Made by a program: the position numbers and the translations under genes. The notes beneath the pieces were generated by a model, which did not search any database, was not told where the DNA came from, and saw nothing but the letters and a program-made list of their open reading frames with translations. From sequence record PV340851.1: DNA of 64,000 nucleotides, one strand, 5' to 3'. Positions within the stretch are counted from its first letter, which is position 1; each line of letters opens with the position of its first letter. Below, piece by piece: positions 1 through 9,712 of the stretch.

Positions 1-587
1 CCGATATTGGGCAAGGCGTAAAGCCCAATATGTTTATTGTCGATATCGCTTTCCCAAGCGAGGTCGCTGGTGCTGCTGATGACGCTGATATGGTCAACTT
101 GCTTTGCAAGTCGGCGGCACTTCCTGCATCCAACTTGGGTGTAATCGAAGTTCCTTTCCGTGGTAGAACAGTTAAGATCGCTGGTGACCGCACGTTCGAT
201 ACATGGACCGCAACCTTTGTCAACGACAAAGAAATGAAGATCCGTGCATACTTCGAGCAGTGGTTGGAGCAAATTAACACCCACGAAACGAACAACGCTC
301 CTTTGTTCACACCAAGTCTGACTGATGGTTATGTACGTAACCTGAAGGTCAAGCAACTTGAGAAGAACTCTACCGAGTCTGGTTCTGTTCTGCGTCAGTA
401 CGAACTGTACTATGCGTTCCCAACGAACGTTTCGCAGATCGACCTTGCTTATGACAGCAACGATCAGATCGAAGAGTTCACTGTTGAGTTCCAGTATTCC
501 TACTGGAAGGTCAACACTGGCACCACCCAGAACGGAGCATCTGATGTCAAATCTGGCATCGGCGATTCGCGCCTAGTTGATAAGTGA
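1..587 (+). CDS. gp19: Tail tube protein, 5'-truncated by the window edge
   Basis: Frame is open from base 3 (DIGQGVKPNMF...). T4 gp19 motifs VPFRGRTVKIAGDRTFDTW and DQIEEFTVEFQYSYW; lies upstream of the portal gene. Confidence 0.95.
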   Translation, partial: DIGQGVKPNMFIVDIAFPSEVAGAADDADMVNLLCKSAALPASNLGVIEVPFRGRTVKIAGDRTFDTWTATFVNDKEMKIRAYFEQWLEQINTHETNNAPLFTPSLTDGYVRNLKVKQLEKNSTESGSVLRQYELYYAFPTNVSQIDLAYDSNDQIEEFTVEFQYSYWKVNTGTTQNGASDVKSGIGDSRLVDK

Positions 588-593
588 TAAATA
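587..593 (+). promoter_or_regulatory. T4-type late promoter (ATAAATA)
   Basis: Overlaps the g19 stop codon ahead of g20. The same (A/C/T)TAAATA motif recurs at many gene junctions: 2297, 3162, 4394, 5959, 6263, 6780, 21991, 22559, 29449, 32683, 33578, 40926, 54848. Confidence 0.75.
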
Positions 594-621
594 GATCTAG
601 GAATAGATCTGTTTACGACTG

Positions 622-2304
622 ATGAGTCAACTATTTGGTTTTATTATTAATAAGAAGGAGGGACAGCAAGGTCAGTCCCCTGTCCCTCCTAACAATGAGT
701 CTTCAGTGTCTACTGTTGCAGGTGGATACTTTGGCACCTATGTTGACCAATCAGGTGGTCAAAATTCAAGAAACGAATACGAACTCATTCGCAGATATCG
801 CGACATGTCACTCCACCCCGAGGTGGATTCGGCAATCGACGAAATCGTGAATGAGTTTGTTGTTAACGACAACGATGACAAACCAGTAGAAGTTGACCTA
901 GCAAATCTAGAGGTCGGCGCTGGTGTCAAGAATAAGATCCGCAAGGAATTTGATCATATCCTGCGAATGATGGATTTCAATGTGAATGCACATGAGATCA
1001 TTCGCAACTGGTATGTCGATGGCAGATGTCACTACCATAAAGTAATTGATCTGGAGTCTCCAAAGAAAGGTATCCTGGAACTGAGATACATTGATTCTCT
1101 AAAGATCAGAAAAGTTAGACAAAAATTAAAAGATACTAGTCCCGATAGAAAGGAAGCAGAGAAAGGATCTGCGCTTCAGTATGACTACGGCGACTTCATC
1201 GAGTTCTATATTTACAACCCCAAAGGTTTTGCTGGTAACCTACCTATGGTTACTGGTTCTATGGACTGGTCCAACTCGGAAGGTATTAAGATTGCTGCTG
1301 ATGCTATCGCACAATCTACTTCAGGTCTAATGGATCTGAACAAAAAGATGAACTTGAGTTTCCTACACAAGGCAATCAAGTCTCTCAATCAATTAAGAAT
1401 GATCGAAGACTCTCTGGTTATCTACAGATTGTCTCGCGCACCTGAGCGTCGCATCTTCTACATCGATGTTGGTAATCTGCCTAAGGTAAAAGCAGAACAA
1501 TACCTTCGTGATGTCATGGCACGTTATCGTAATAAGTTAGTTTACGATGGTCAGACTGGAGAAATTCGCGACGATAAAAAGCATATGAGTATGCTGGAAG
1601 ATTTCTGGTTGCCTCGTCGCGAGGGTGGACGTGGAACTGAGATCACAACTCTACCTGGCGGACAGAACCTTGGAGAACTAAAAGATGTTGAATACTTTAA
1701 AAAGAAACTTTACAACAGTCTCAATCTTCCTCCTTCTCGTCTTACTGACGATAATAAAGCTTTCAATCTTGGTAAATCTACTGAAATTCTACGTGATGAA
1801 CTGAAGTTCACTAAGTTCATTGGGCGTCTCCGCAAGAGATTCGCTCAACTGTTCCATGACATGTTGAAGACTCAACTGATTCTCAAGGGCATTATCACTC
1901 CCGAAGATTGGGATGATATGGAAGAGCATATTCAGTATGACTTCCTGTTCGACAATCATTTCAACGAACTGAAAGAGCAAGAGATGCAGATGCAACGCAT
2001 CACTCTTGCTACTCAGATGGATCCTTTTGTCGGCAAGTATTTCTCTACAGAATACATCCGCAAGAAGATCCTGATGCAGACCGAGCAGGAGTATAAAGAA
2101 ATTTCTAAGCAGATTGAATCTGATATCGAGTCAGGTCTTGCTATCGATCCAGTTCAGGTCAATATGCTCACCGACTTGGAGCAGCAGAACCAAGCGTTTG
2201 CTCCAGAATTGCAGTCTGCTGAAGCAGACGCCGCGGCCGATCGTGAAATTAAAAAACTAAAAGCGGCACCAAAACCAACCCAAAGCAACGGTTCTACTAA
2301 ATAA
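622..2304 (+). CDS. gp20: Portal vertex protein
   Basis: 560 aa; motifs YRLSRAPERRIFYIDVGNLP and EDFWLPRREGGRGTEITTLPGG. Confidence 0.98.
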   Translation: MSQLFGFIINKKEGQQGQSPVPPNNESSVSTVAGGYFGTYVDQSGGQNSRNEYELIRRYRDMSLHPEVDSAIDEIVNEFVVNDNDDKPVEVDLANLEVGAGVKNKIRKEFDHILRMMDFNVNAHEIIRNWYVDGRCHYHKVIDLESPKKGILELRYIDSLKIRKVRQKLKDTSPDRKEAEKGSALQYDYGDFIEFYIYNPKGFAGNLPMVTGSMDWSNSEGIKIAADAIAQSTSGLMDLNKKMNLSFLHKAIKSLNQLRMIEDSLVIYRLSRAPERRIFYIDVGNLPKVKAEQYLRDVMARYRNKLVYDGQTGEIRDDKKHMSMLEDFWLPRREGGRGTEITTLPGGQNLGELKDVEYFKKKLYNSLNLPPSRLTDDNKAFNLGKSTEILRDELKFTKFIGRLRKRFAQLFHDMLKTQLILKGIITPEDWDDMEEHIQYDFLFDNHFNELKEQEMQMQRITLATQMDPFVGKYFSTEYIRKKILMQTEQEYKEISKQIESDIESGLAIDPVQVNMLTDLEQQNQAFAPELQSAEADAAADREIKKLKAAPKPTQSNGSTK

Positions 2305-2328
2305 TCTTATAAGTTAAATATATATTAT

Positions 2329-2508
2329 ATGGATTCTGAAATTTTGAATATCATCGATATGATTGCGGACAAAAAACGTGCGGATGCCCTAGACAAAATC
2401 GACGATATCCTGTACGCCAAAGCGTCCACATCTCTTAGCGACTACAAAAAGTCAGTTGCTAATACTTTTTTTGATGAACCTACCGACGAAGCACCCTCAG
2501 AAGAATGA
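2329..2508 (+). CDS. Small acidic protein (59 aa) at the prohead-core gene position; not in the ORF track
   Basis: Manual translation MDSEILNIIDMIADKKRADALDKIDDILYAK...EE. ATGA overlap with g21; preceded by CTAAATA at 2297. Confidence 0.75.
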   Translation: MDSEILNIIDMIADKKRADALDKIDDILYAKASTSLSDYKKSVANTFFDEPTDEAPSEE

Positions 2509-3149
2509 AACTAATTACAGAAAACATCGAAGAGATTCAGGTCCTTGCGGAAGAAAAGGATGGCAAGAAGCACCTCTATATTGAGGGCGTCTTCTTGCAA
2601 TCTGAAATTAAAAACCGCAATGGCAGGATCTACCCCTACTCTGTTTTGGAGAAAGAGGTAGGTCGCTATAACGAAGAGTACGTATCCAAAGGACGCGCAC
2701 TTGGAGAACTGGGTCACCCCGATGGTCCTACTGTAAATCTTGACCGCGTGTCTCATAGAATTGTGTCCCTTAAGGCGGAAGGCACAAACTTCATGGGCAA
2801 GGCAAGAATCCTAGATACCCCAATGGGTGCTATCGCAAAAAATCTTCTAGAAGAAGGTGTCAAACTAGGCGTCTCTTCTAGAGGCATGGGAAGCATTGAC
2901 CGACAGGAAAGTGCTTCTTATGTAATGGATGACTTTATGTTGGCAACCGCCGCTGACATTGTTGCAGATCCTTCTGCACCTGACGCATTCGTTAATGGAA
3001 TAATGGAAGGTAAAGAATGGGTCTGGTCCAACGGTATCCTCAAAGAGAAAGAAATCGCTGAGATGAAGCATTCCATTGATACTGCATCCAGAGTCGATCT
3101 AGAAGAAGCAACACTCAAAGCATTTGAGCGTTTCATCTCTGGTCTCTAA
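2505..3149 (+). CDS. gp21: Prohead protease
   Basis: Motifs ALGELGHP, GVSSRGMGS and ADIVADPSAPDAFV. Confidence 0.97.
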   Translation: MKLITENIEEIQVLAEEKDGKKHLYIEGVFLQSEIKNRNGRIYPYSVLEKEVGRYNEEYVSKGRALGELGHPDGPTVNLDRVSHRIVSLKAEGTNFMGKARILDTPMGAIAKNLLEEGVKLGVSSRGMGSIDRQESASYVMDDFMLATAADIVADPSAPDAFVNGIMEGKEWVWSNGILKEKEIAEMKHSIDTASRVDLEEATLKAFERFISGL

Positions 3150-3204
3150 TTTACTAAATTAATAAATAAACATAGAATAATTAACGAACATCGAGGAAAC
3201 TCTA

Positions 3205-4389
3205 ATGTCAGATATGCTAAACGAAAAGTTTAAGGAGTTTGCTAGTGAGCACGCTGCGGTTCTCTCCGAGGCTGGACAAGATCCTATGCCTACTGTGACC
3301 GCAGCTGTGCTTCCTGGTGATGCTGCTGCAACTGGACAATCACAAACTGCTGTTAATGCTAAGGCAGCTGCTGGGGAAGGTGCATCGGGTCATGCCGCAC
3401 CTCTACAACCTGGCATTGCTATCGGTCAGAAAGCACCTGCTGAAGTTAACAGTGTAACAACCACACCTCATGAGCACGATGAGGATGGCGACGAGAACCC
3501 TGGCGCTAAGGCAGCTGCTCCTATTGGAGGCGGCATTTCTGGCGAACCCAATCGTGGCGCAAGCAACACCGACCTACCTAACGGCACCGCTCCTAAGTTT
3601 GGTGCTGAAATTGCATACGGTACTAAGGAAGGTGGTTCTGTAACATATCCTATCAAACCCAAGTTTGAAGAAGTTGATATGTCTGCAGACGTTGCTGCAC
3701 TGACAGAAGGCACCGAGTTGTCCGAAGACTTTGCTGAAAAAGCAAAGACAATTTTTGAGGCTGCTGTTCGTTCTAAACTCACCGAAGAGTGGGCGAAGCT
3801 CGAAGAGCAGTATGCCGCACAACTTGCTGAGCAAGTAGCAGCTTCTAAGAAAGAACTTGCTGAGGAAGTAAACGGCACCCTCAACTACGCAGTCACTAAG
3901 TGGCTTGAAGAAAATCAAGTTGCTATTGATCGCGGTATCAAGAATGAGATTACTGAAGACTTCATTGCAGGTCTGAAGAATCTGTTCACTGAGCATTATA
4001 TTGCTATCCCCGACGACAAAGTTGATGTCGTTGAGGGCATGACAGAAGATCTTTGTAAGATGGAGGAGCGTCTCGACGAACAGGTCAAGCGCAATATTGA
4101 ACTTCAAAATCGTCTTAATGAGACTGCTAAGACCGTAATTGTTTCTACAATTGCTGAAGGTCTTGCTGATACTCAGAAAGAAAAACTAGCATCCCTCGCA
4201 GAGGCTATCGAATTCACCACTGAGGAAGAGTTTACCAAGAAGGTTACGACCATCAAGGAATCCTACTTCACCAAAGAGTCGGTCACCAAAGCAGAAGTTG
4301 CAGACGAAACTCCAGTCGAAGGTAGCGCAGATGATATCTCACCAGCAATGGCACAGTATCTGAACGCTATGAATCGCTGGAATCAGTGA
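3205..4389 (+). CDS. gp22: Prohead core scaffold protein
   Basis: Acidic coiled-coil protein between g21 and g23, with a low-complexity N-terminal extension. Confidence 0.92.
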   Translation: MSDMLNEKFKEFASEHAAVLSEAGQDPMPTVTAAVLPGDAAATGQSQTAVNAKAAAGEGASGHAAPLQPGIAIGQKAPAEVNSVTTTPHEHDEDGDENPGAKAAAPIGGGISGEPNRGASNTDLPNGTAPKFGAEIAYGTKEGGSVTYPIKPKFEEVDMSADVAALTEGTELSEDFAEKAKTIFEAAVRSKLTEEWAKLEEQYAAQLAEQVAASKKELAEEVNGTLNYAVTKWLEENQVAIDRGIKNEITEDFIAGLKNLFTEHYIAIPDDKVDVVEGMTEDLCKMEERLDEQVKRNIELQNRLNETAKTVIVSTIAEGLADTQKEKLASLAEAIEFTTEEEFTKKVTTIKESYFTKESVTKAEVADETPVEGSADDISPAMAQYLNAMNRWNQ

Positions 4390-4438
4390 TTTAATAAATA
4401 ATTCTATCCACAATTCCTAACAAACAATCGGAGACAAA

Positions 4439-5845
4439 ATGTTTAACGCAGAACATCTCCAGGAAAAGTGGTCCCCTGTTCTAAACCATGGCGAAGCTCC
4501 CGAAATCGGTGATCGCTACAAAAGAGCAGTGACCTCTGTCCTCCTGGAAAACCAAGAACGCTTCCTACGCGAAGAGCGTGGAATGCTACAAGAAGTTGCA
4601 GTTAACAGCCTCGGCGCTGGTACTGTTTCTCCTGCTGGATCCGCTCTAGGTTCCGCTAACACCGCTGGTCTCGCTGGTTTCGACCCCGTTCTAATCAGCC
4701 TGGTTCGCCGTGCAATGCCTAACCTGATGGCATATGACATCTGTGGCGTTCAGCCTATGTCTGGTCCTACAGGTCTAATCTTCGCAATGCGTTCCCGCTA
4801 CGAGAACCAAGGCGGCGAAGAGGCACTGTTCAACGAGCCCGACACTGGATTCACTGGTGGTTACGACGCTAGCCAAGGTGACTACACCCCCCGTACTGGC
4901 GCTGGTGTTGGTGGCGATTCCGAAGGCAACAACCCTGCTCTACTTAACGATTCCTCCCCTGGCACCTACGAAGTAGGCTCCAAGATGGCTCGCGAAGATC
5001 TGGAGAAGATGGGTGAGTCTGGTCGTCTCTTCCGCGAGATGTCCTTCAGCATCGAGAAGACCTCTGTGACTGCACAGTCCAGAGCACTCAAAGCTGAGTA
5101 CACCTTGGAACTGGCACAAGACCTCAAGGCGATCCATGGTCTAGATGCTGAGCAAGAGCTCGCTAACATCCTGTCTAGCGAAGTCCTTGCTGAGATCAAC
5201 CGTGAAGTCGTCCGTCGCGTATACAGCGTCGCTAAGAAAGGTGCTCAGAACAACGTTGCTAACGCTGGCATCTTCGACCTAGACGTTGACAGCAATGGTC
5301 GTTGGTCCGTTGAGAAATTCAAGGGTCTTCTCTTCCAGATCGAGCGCGATGCAAACGCAATCGCACAAGAGACTCGTCGTGGCAAGGGTAACTTCCTCAT
5401 CTGCTCTGCAGACGTTGCAAGTGCTCTGGCAATGGCAGGTGTTCTTGACTACTCCTCTGGTCTCACTGGCGCTGGTGGTCCTTCCATCGGTCAGGTTGAT
5501 GACACTGGCAACCTCGCAGTTGGCACCATCAACGGTCGCATCAAGGTCTATGTTGATCCTTATGCTGCTAACCTCAGTGACAAGCACTACTACGTAATCG
5601 GTTACAAGGGCACCTCGCCTTATGACGCAGGTCTCTTCTACTGCCCCTACGTACCCCTCCAGATGGTCCGCTCCATCGATCCTAACACCTTCCAGCCTAA
5701 GATTGGCTTCAAGACACGTTACGGCATGGTCAGCAACCCATTCGTTACCACCAACGGTGCATACAACGGCACTCCTGACGGTGAGTCCCTCACCGCGAAT
5801 GCTAACATGTACTACCGTCGTGTTCAGGTCACCAACCTCATGTGA
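4439..5845 (+). CDS. gp23: Major capsid protein
   Basis: Motifs GVQPMSGPTGLIFAMR, ELAQDLKAIHGLDAE and PKIGFKTRYG. Confidence 0.99.
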   Translation: MFNAEHLQEKWSPVLNHGEAPEIGDRYKRAVTSVLLENQERFLREERGMLQEVAVNSLGAGTVSPAGSALGSANTAGLAGFDPVLISLVRRAMPNLMAYDICGVQPMSGPTGLIFAMRSRYENQGGEEALFNEPDTGFTGGYDASQGDYTPRTGAGVGGDSEGNNPALLNDSSPGTYEVGSKMAREDLEKMGESGRLFREMSFSIEKTSVTAQSRALKAEYTLELAQDLKAIHGLDAEQELANILSSEVLAEINREVVRRVYSVAKKGAQNNVANAGIFDLDVDSNGRWSVEKFKGLLFQIERDANAIAQETRRGKGNFLICSADVASALAMAGVLDYSSGLTGAGGPSIGQVDDTGNLAVGTINGRIKVYVDPYAANLSDKHYYVIGYKGTSPYDAGLFYCPYVPLQMVRSIDPNTFQPKIGFKTRYGMVSNPFVTTNGAYNGTPDGESLTANANMYYRRVQVTNLM

Positions 5846-5872
5846 TCTTGTTACACAACATGTGTTAACACT

Positions 5873-5898
5873 AGAGACCCGAAAGGGTCTCTTTTTTT
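5873..5898 (+). terminator. Rho-independent terminator after g23
   Basis: AGAGACCC-GAAA-GGGTCTCT followed by a T tract. Confidence 0.92.
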
Positions 5899-5933
5899 GT
5901 ACCTATGTAACACCAATGTAAAAAAGCAATAAA

Positions 5934-5949
5934 TGTATACTACGATACA
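5934..5949. promoter_or_regulatory. NtcA-like binding site TGTA-N8-TACA
   Basis: tGTAtactacgaTACa is an exact match to the cyanobacterial NtcA palindrome and lies in intergenic DNA. Confidence 0.6.
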
Positions 5950-5989
5950 TTAACTGCACTAAATAGTATCAGAATTATGAGGTGATATC

Positions 5990-6013
5990 ATGCTCCCTAA
6001 CTCCTCCCTATAG
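5990..6013 (+). CDS. Putative 7-aa leader peptide MLPNSSL
   Basis: Strong SD GAGGTGA at 5979-5985, ATG at 5990, TAG at 6011-6013. Confidence 0.4.
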   Translation: MLPNSSL

Positions 6014-6040
6014 TATGTTGATAACTTGCATGGAGGCGAA

Positions 6041-6214
6041 ATGCACAATCTGTTGTCTCGCTCACAACTAGATGAGTGGCGACACCTTGAAGACACACTC
6101 GATGAATTAAGTATAGAAACACAAGCAATTAATGATTACTACGAATGCTTAATTGAGTGCGATTCATTAGACCAATCACAGTGTAAACGTATTTGTAAGA
6201 GGCTGCTTATGTGA
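6041..6214 (+). CDS. Small Cys-rich hypothetical protein (57 aa)
   Basis: SD GGAGG at 6032-6036 points to ATG 6041 rather than the track's TTG 6026; C-terminus YECLIECD...CKRIC. Confidence 0.85.
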   Translation: MHNLLSRSQLDEWRHLEDTLDELSIETQAINDYYECLIECDSLDQSQCKRICKRLLM

Positions 6215-6238
6215 GAATAAAAACATAAATGCAACTCC

Positions 6239-6262
6239 AGGACCCGAAGGGGTCCTTTTTTA
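6239..6262 (+). terminator. Rho-independent terminator
   Basis: AGGACCC-GAAG-GGGTCCT followed by a T tract. Confidence 0.9.
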
Positions 6263-6289
6263 TTAAATAGTGCTAGTATAAATTATTGT

Positions 6290-6454
6290 ATGCCCCGAGC
6301 TATTATGCAGAAAACTGATCTCCTCGCAAGAGTATACAAGTTGAAAACATCTTTGTTCGACGGAGAGCATTCCGACAAGTCAGAAGAATGGCATGACGGT
6401 GCTCACGATTCACTAAACAAAATCCTAGAAATCCTACAAGAGTGGAGAGCATGA
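6290..6454 (+). CDS. Hypothetical protein (54 aa); not in the ORF track
   Basis: Manual translation MPRAIMQKTDLLARVYKLK...EWRA; follows TTAAATA at 6263; ATGA-coupled to the next ORF. Confidence 0.75.
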   Translation: MPRAIMQKTDLLARVYKLKTSLFDGEHSDKSEEWHDGAHDSLNKILEILQEWRA

Positions 6455-6579
6455 AAGATTTAGATTTCATTGATGATTTCTTTGCAGACAAAGACCAAGA
6501 AGTATTGAAGGAACGCATCATCAAAGCAAAGACTGATGTGCTCATGGAAGAACCCTGCCCCCTATATGAAGATGAATAA
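6451..6579 (+). CDS. Hypothetical protein (42 aa); not in the ORF track
   Basis: Manual translation MKDLDFIDDFFADKDQEVLKERIIK...; coupled to its neighbours. Confidence 0.65.
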   Translation: MKDLDFIDDFFADKDQEVLKERIIKAKTDVLMEEPCPLYEDE

Positions 6580-6787
6580 CGACTGGCGCTACAGTGATGA
6601 ACGAATGGATGTAAGATCTCAAGGATTGAACATTCTTCTCAAGAAATTTGGATCTGAACTTAGTTCAGATGGTTCTCCTAGATATTCAAATCAAAGCATC
6701 TACGAATGCATTCATGATTGGGTATCACAAGGCAACGTGAGAACGGATGGCATCGTCGCATACTACAAAGCATACTACGCTAAATAG
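6572..6787 (+). CDS. Hypothetical protein
   Basis: Track ORF 6536..6787; likely start is MNNDWRYSDERM, overlapping the previous stop. Confidence 0.75.
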   Translation: MNNDWRYSDERMDVRSQGLNILLKKFGSELSSDGSPRYSNQSIYECIHDWVSQGNVRTDGIVAYYKAYYAK

Positions 6788-6811
6788 TAGTGCTTGGGAA
6801 GTTGACACAAC

Positions 6812-7318
6812 ATGCCTGCTGACTGGTATAAAGAACAACCTACAAATAGAAACTATCTATCTCCTGTTGGATTTCAGTTCAAACTGGAACTCTTCGAGGG
6901 GGTAGATTTTTTCTGTCAGCAAGCAAATCTCCCTGAGATTAATATGCCTGTGACTGAGGTTCCTACTAGGTTCCGTGCTTTCCCTGTTACTCCTGGTGGT
7001 GGTGTCACCTACGGTGATCTGTCTCTACAGTTTATCGTAGATGAAGAACTACACAACTACAAATCTATTCACCAATGGATTAGAAAGAACGGAGGAGCAG
7101 AGGATCACTCACCAGATGAGATTGAGTTCTCATCAGGTCAACTGCATATTACTACATCTAATTTTAATATCAATCATATCATTGACTTTGAAAGACTGAT
7201 CCCTGTCAGTCTAACTGGCATTTCATTTGACGCAACATCGAATGATATCCAATACTTTACTGCACAGGTCGTCTTCAAGTATACTAACTTCAGTATTCGT
7301 GACAAGAACTTTAAATGA
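6812..7318 (+). CDS. gp3: Tail completion / tube terminator protein
   Basis: Motifs NYLSPVGF, FFCQQANLP and YGDLSLQFIVDE; syntenic with uvsY-uvsW. Confidence 0.88.
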   Translation: MPADWYKEQPTNRNYLSPVGFQFKLELFEGVDFFCQQANLPEINMPVTEVPTRFRAFPVTPGGGVTYGDLSLQFIVDEELHNYKSIHQWIRKNGGAEDHSPDEIEFSSGQLHITTSNFNINHIIDFERLIPVSLTGISFDATSNDIQYFTAQVVFKYTNFSIRDKNFK

Positions 7319-7788
7319 ATTTTGAAAAACTACATCATCGATTTGAAAAAATTAAACAGGAATGGGCAAGTGACAGTCATGTAGAACATGAATTTAAAAA
7401 CAAACAGTATACATCTGATCTGGGACAGATCTCAATGGAGATCCCTTTCCAACACAATAAATACTTAAACCATTACAGCGATCTCTCACAGATTAAAACG
7501 TCTCTGGAATTTGAGCATCGCAAACTTCTACGCGACAAGCGTGAGTATTATGGTGGTGAGGCAGATGCAAAGACATACGCCGAGAAACCTTTCGGCAGTC
7601 ACATCAAAACTGCAGACAAGATGAAAGTATACATCGAGTCTGACGAAGACCTTATTAACATAGAAGCGAAGATTAAGTTCATTGATCAAATCTTATTCTA
7701 CCTTGATAACGTGCTTAAGATGATTTCACAGAGAAACTATCATGTGAAGAACGCAATTGAATGGGAACGATTTATTAATGGTAACTAA
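7315..7788 (+). CDS. uvsY: Recombination mediator UvsY
   Basis: Motifs KREYYGG and NAIEWERFING; immediately upstream of uvsW. Confidence 0.88.
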   Translation: MNFEKLHHRFEKIKQEWASDSHVEHEFKNKQYTSDLGQISMEIPFQHNKYLNHYSDLSQIKTSLEFEHRKLLRDKREYYGGEADAKTYAEKPFGSHIKTADKMKVYIESDEDLINIEAKIKFIDQILFYLDNVLKMISQRNYHVKNAIEWERFINGN

Positions 7789-9251
7789 TGTCAGACATTG
7801 TAATCAAGAAGAAGAATGAGGTTTATGTCACCTTGGAGACTGAACCTCATGTACATCATGAGTTGTCCGACTACTTCTCATTTGAACTACCAGAAGCGAA
7901 ATTTCTAAAGAGGCAACCTAGGTTTAAGTATTGGGATGGAATGATCCATCTCTATTCCCCTGGCACAGGAGAACTCTACGGCGGTCTGCTTGAGCATCTA
8001 AAAGTATGGGCAGGAGAAAAGCGTTACAGCATCTCCTACCAAAAGAATGAATGGTATGGGGATGTATACGAACCAAACGACATGGTGTCCCCTGCAGGCG
8101 TTGCTGCCTACATGAAATCCATTTGTAAGTATAAACCCAGAGACTACCAGTACATGACGGTGTACAAGGCACTGAAGGACAACCGTGGTCTATTCCTGTC
8201 ACCTACTGGATCTGGTAAGTCTTTGATGATCTATAGCATTGTTAGATATTATGTTGCTACAGGTAAAAAAATTCTGCTAGTAGTACCTACCACATCGTTG
8301 GTAGAGCAGATGATAAAAGATTTTAAAGACTATGGATGGTCCGCCGACGAATACTGTCATACCATATATTCGGGCAAAGATAAGAATACTGATAAACCAG
8401 TTATCATCTCAACCTGGCAATCAATCTATAAATTTCCCAAGCGATACTTTGATGACATTGAGTGTGTTATCGGTGATGAAGCACATCTATTTAAGTCGAA
8501 AAGTCTGACAGGCATTATGACTAAGTTGCACAATGCCAAGTACCGATTCGGATTCACAGGTACGTTGGATGGCAGCAAGACTCATAAGTGGGTACTGGAA
8601 GGACTGTTTGGTCCATGTGAGAAAGTAACTAAGACAGATGACCTAATCAAGAAAGGATACCTTTCTAACTTTCGTATCAAGATCCTCATGTGTAAGCATG
8701 AGTATCAGTTCTTTGAGGACTACCATTCTGAAATGGAGTACCTTGTTACATGCAAGAAACGAAACAATTTAATCAAGAACCTAGTTGCAGATATTGATGG
8801 CAACACTCTGGTGTTGTTCAACTACGTAGAGAAACATGGGGAACCATTGTATGAGATGATAAATAAAAGTGTAGGAGGAGATCGAAAGGTGTTCTTCGTA
8901 CATGGATCAGTCGATGTTGACGATCGCGAAGAAGTACGCCGTATTGCAGAAAAAGAAAACAACGCTGTCATTATTGCATCTTACGGCACGTTCAGTACAG
9001 GTATCAACATTAAACGACTGCACAATATTATTTTTGCATCCCCAAGTAAGTCACGCATTCGCAATCTCCAGTCTATCGGACGTGTGCTCAGGAAAGGCGA
9101 AGGCAAAGACATCGCAACTCTTTACGATATTGCTGATGACATCTCTAACCAAACAAGATCGAACTATACACTAAGACATCTCTATGAGAGAGTTAAGATC
9201 TATCAGGAAGAGAATTTCAAATATGAAAAAATCAAAGTCAATCTGCGCTAA
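7788..9251 (+). CDS. uvsW: SF2 RNA-DNA/DNA helicase UvsW
   Basis: Walker A SPTGSGKS, DEAH box and QSIGRVLR. Confidence 0.97.
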   Translation: MSDIVIKKKNEVYVTLETEPHVHHELSDYFSFELPEAKFLKRQPRFKYWDGMIHLYSPGTGELYGGLLEHLKVWAGEKRYSISYQKNEWYGDVYEPNDMVSPAGVAAYMKSICKYKPRDYQYMTVYKALKDNRGLFLSPTGSGKSLMIYSIVRYYVATGKKILLVVPTTSLVEQMIKDFKDYGWSADEYCHTIYSGKDKNTDKPVIISTWQSIYKFPKRYFDDIECVIGDEAHLFKSKSLTGIMTKLHNAKYRFGFTGTLDGSKTHKWVLEGLFGPCEKVTKTDDLIKKGYLSNFRIKILMCKHEYQFFEDYHSEMEYLVTCKKRNNLIKNLVADIDGNTLVLFNYVEKHGEPLYEMINKSVGGDRKVFFVHGSVDVDDREEVRRIAEKENNAVIIASYGTFSTGINIKRLHNIIFASPSKSRIRNLQSIGRVLRKGEGKDIATLYDIADDISNQTRSNYTLRHLYERVKIYQEENFKYEKIKVNLR

Positions 9252-9652
9252 TGGAAGAAGAATTTTACTCAACTATAAAGTTGAAGTCAGGTGAGGAAAT
9301 TATCGCTAAGGTAAGTTACCTCACAGAAGAAGACTCTTTGCTAGTAGAAAAACCTCTATTGGTAGAGAGTCACACATCCAAGAAAAACGGACGCAAGGTC
9401 GAAGGATTCATTCTTAAGGAATGGATGAAAGCAACATACGAAGAACTGTTTGTTATACGTATGGAGCAAGTCATTACAATGTCCGAACTCGACGACCGCA
9501 TCAAAGAATTCTATATCGGTAATACTGAGTCAGGTGACTACCTGACCCATGATGATATCTCAGTGAAACCCAAGAAACTCAAAGATAATGGGTACGTAGG
9601 ATCAGTAGAGGAGATGAAAAAGTCTCTAGAGTCTTTATTCAAAAGAAGCTAA
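9251..9652 (+). CDS. Hypothetical protein, possibly Sm-like fold
   Basis: 133 aa, coupled to uvsW; N-terminal beta pattern IKLKSGEEIIAKV. Confidence 0.75.
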   Translation: MEEEFYSTIKLKSGEEIIAKVSYLTEEDSLLVEKPLLVESHTSKKNGRKVEGFILKEWMKATYEELFVIRMEQVITMSELDDRIKEFYIGNTESGDYLTHDDISVKPKKLKDNGYVGSVEEMKKSLESLFKRS

Positions 9653-9680
9653 TACAATTCTTTTGAACCCTTACAGAGTT

Positions 9681-9709
9681 ATTGTACTTAGTTTCTGAGG
9701 TTTTGTCAA
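9681..9709 (-). promoter_or_regulatory. Putative antisense sigma70 promoter (TTGACA-N17-TACAAT)
   Basis: On the minus strand, TTGACA at 9709-9704, a 17-nt spacer, then TACAAT at 9686-9681. Confidence 0.5.
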
Positions 9710-9712
9710 GCC

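Noticed and set aside
4-31. 9-bp inverted repeat ATATTGGGC/GCCCAATAT before the ATG at 30
   Set aside because: It lies inside the g19 reading frame, which is open from the window edge; a single instance with no T tract is probably chance.
5904-5922. HLR1-like TTTACATT-GGT-GTTACATA on the minus strand, upstream of the NtcA box
   Set aside because: The repeat period is 11 bp rather than the 10 bp of HLR1, so I did not call it. It could be retested alongside the NtcA site.
6041-6214. CP12 or NblA identity for the small Cys-rich protein
   Set aside because: It lacks the CP12 AWD.VEEL core and the NblA LxLEQxF pattern.
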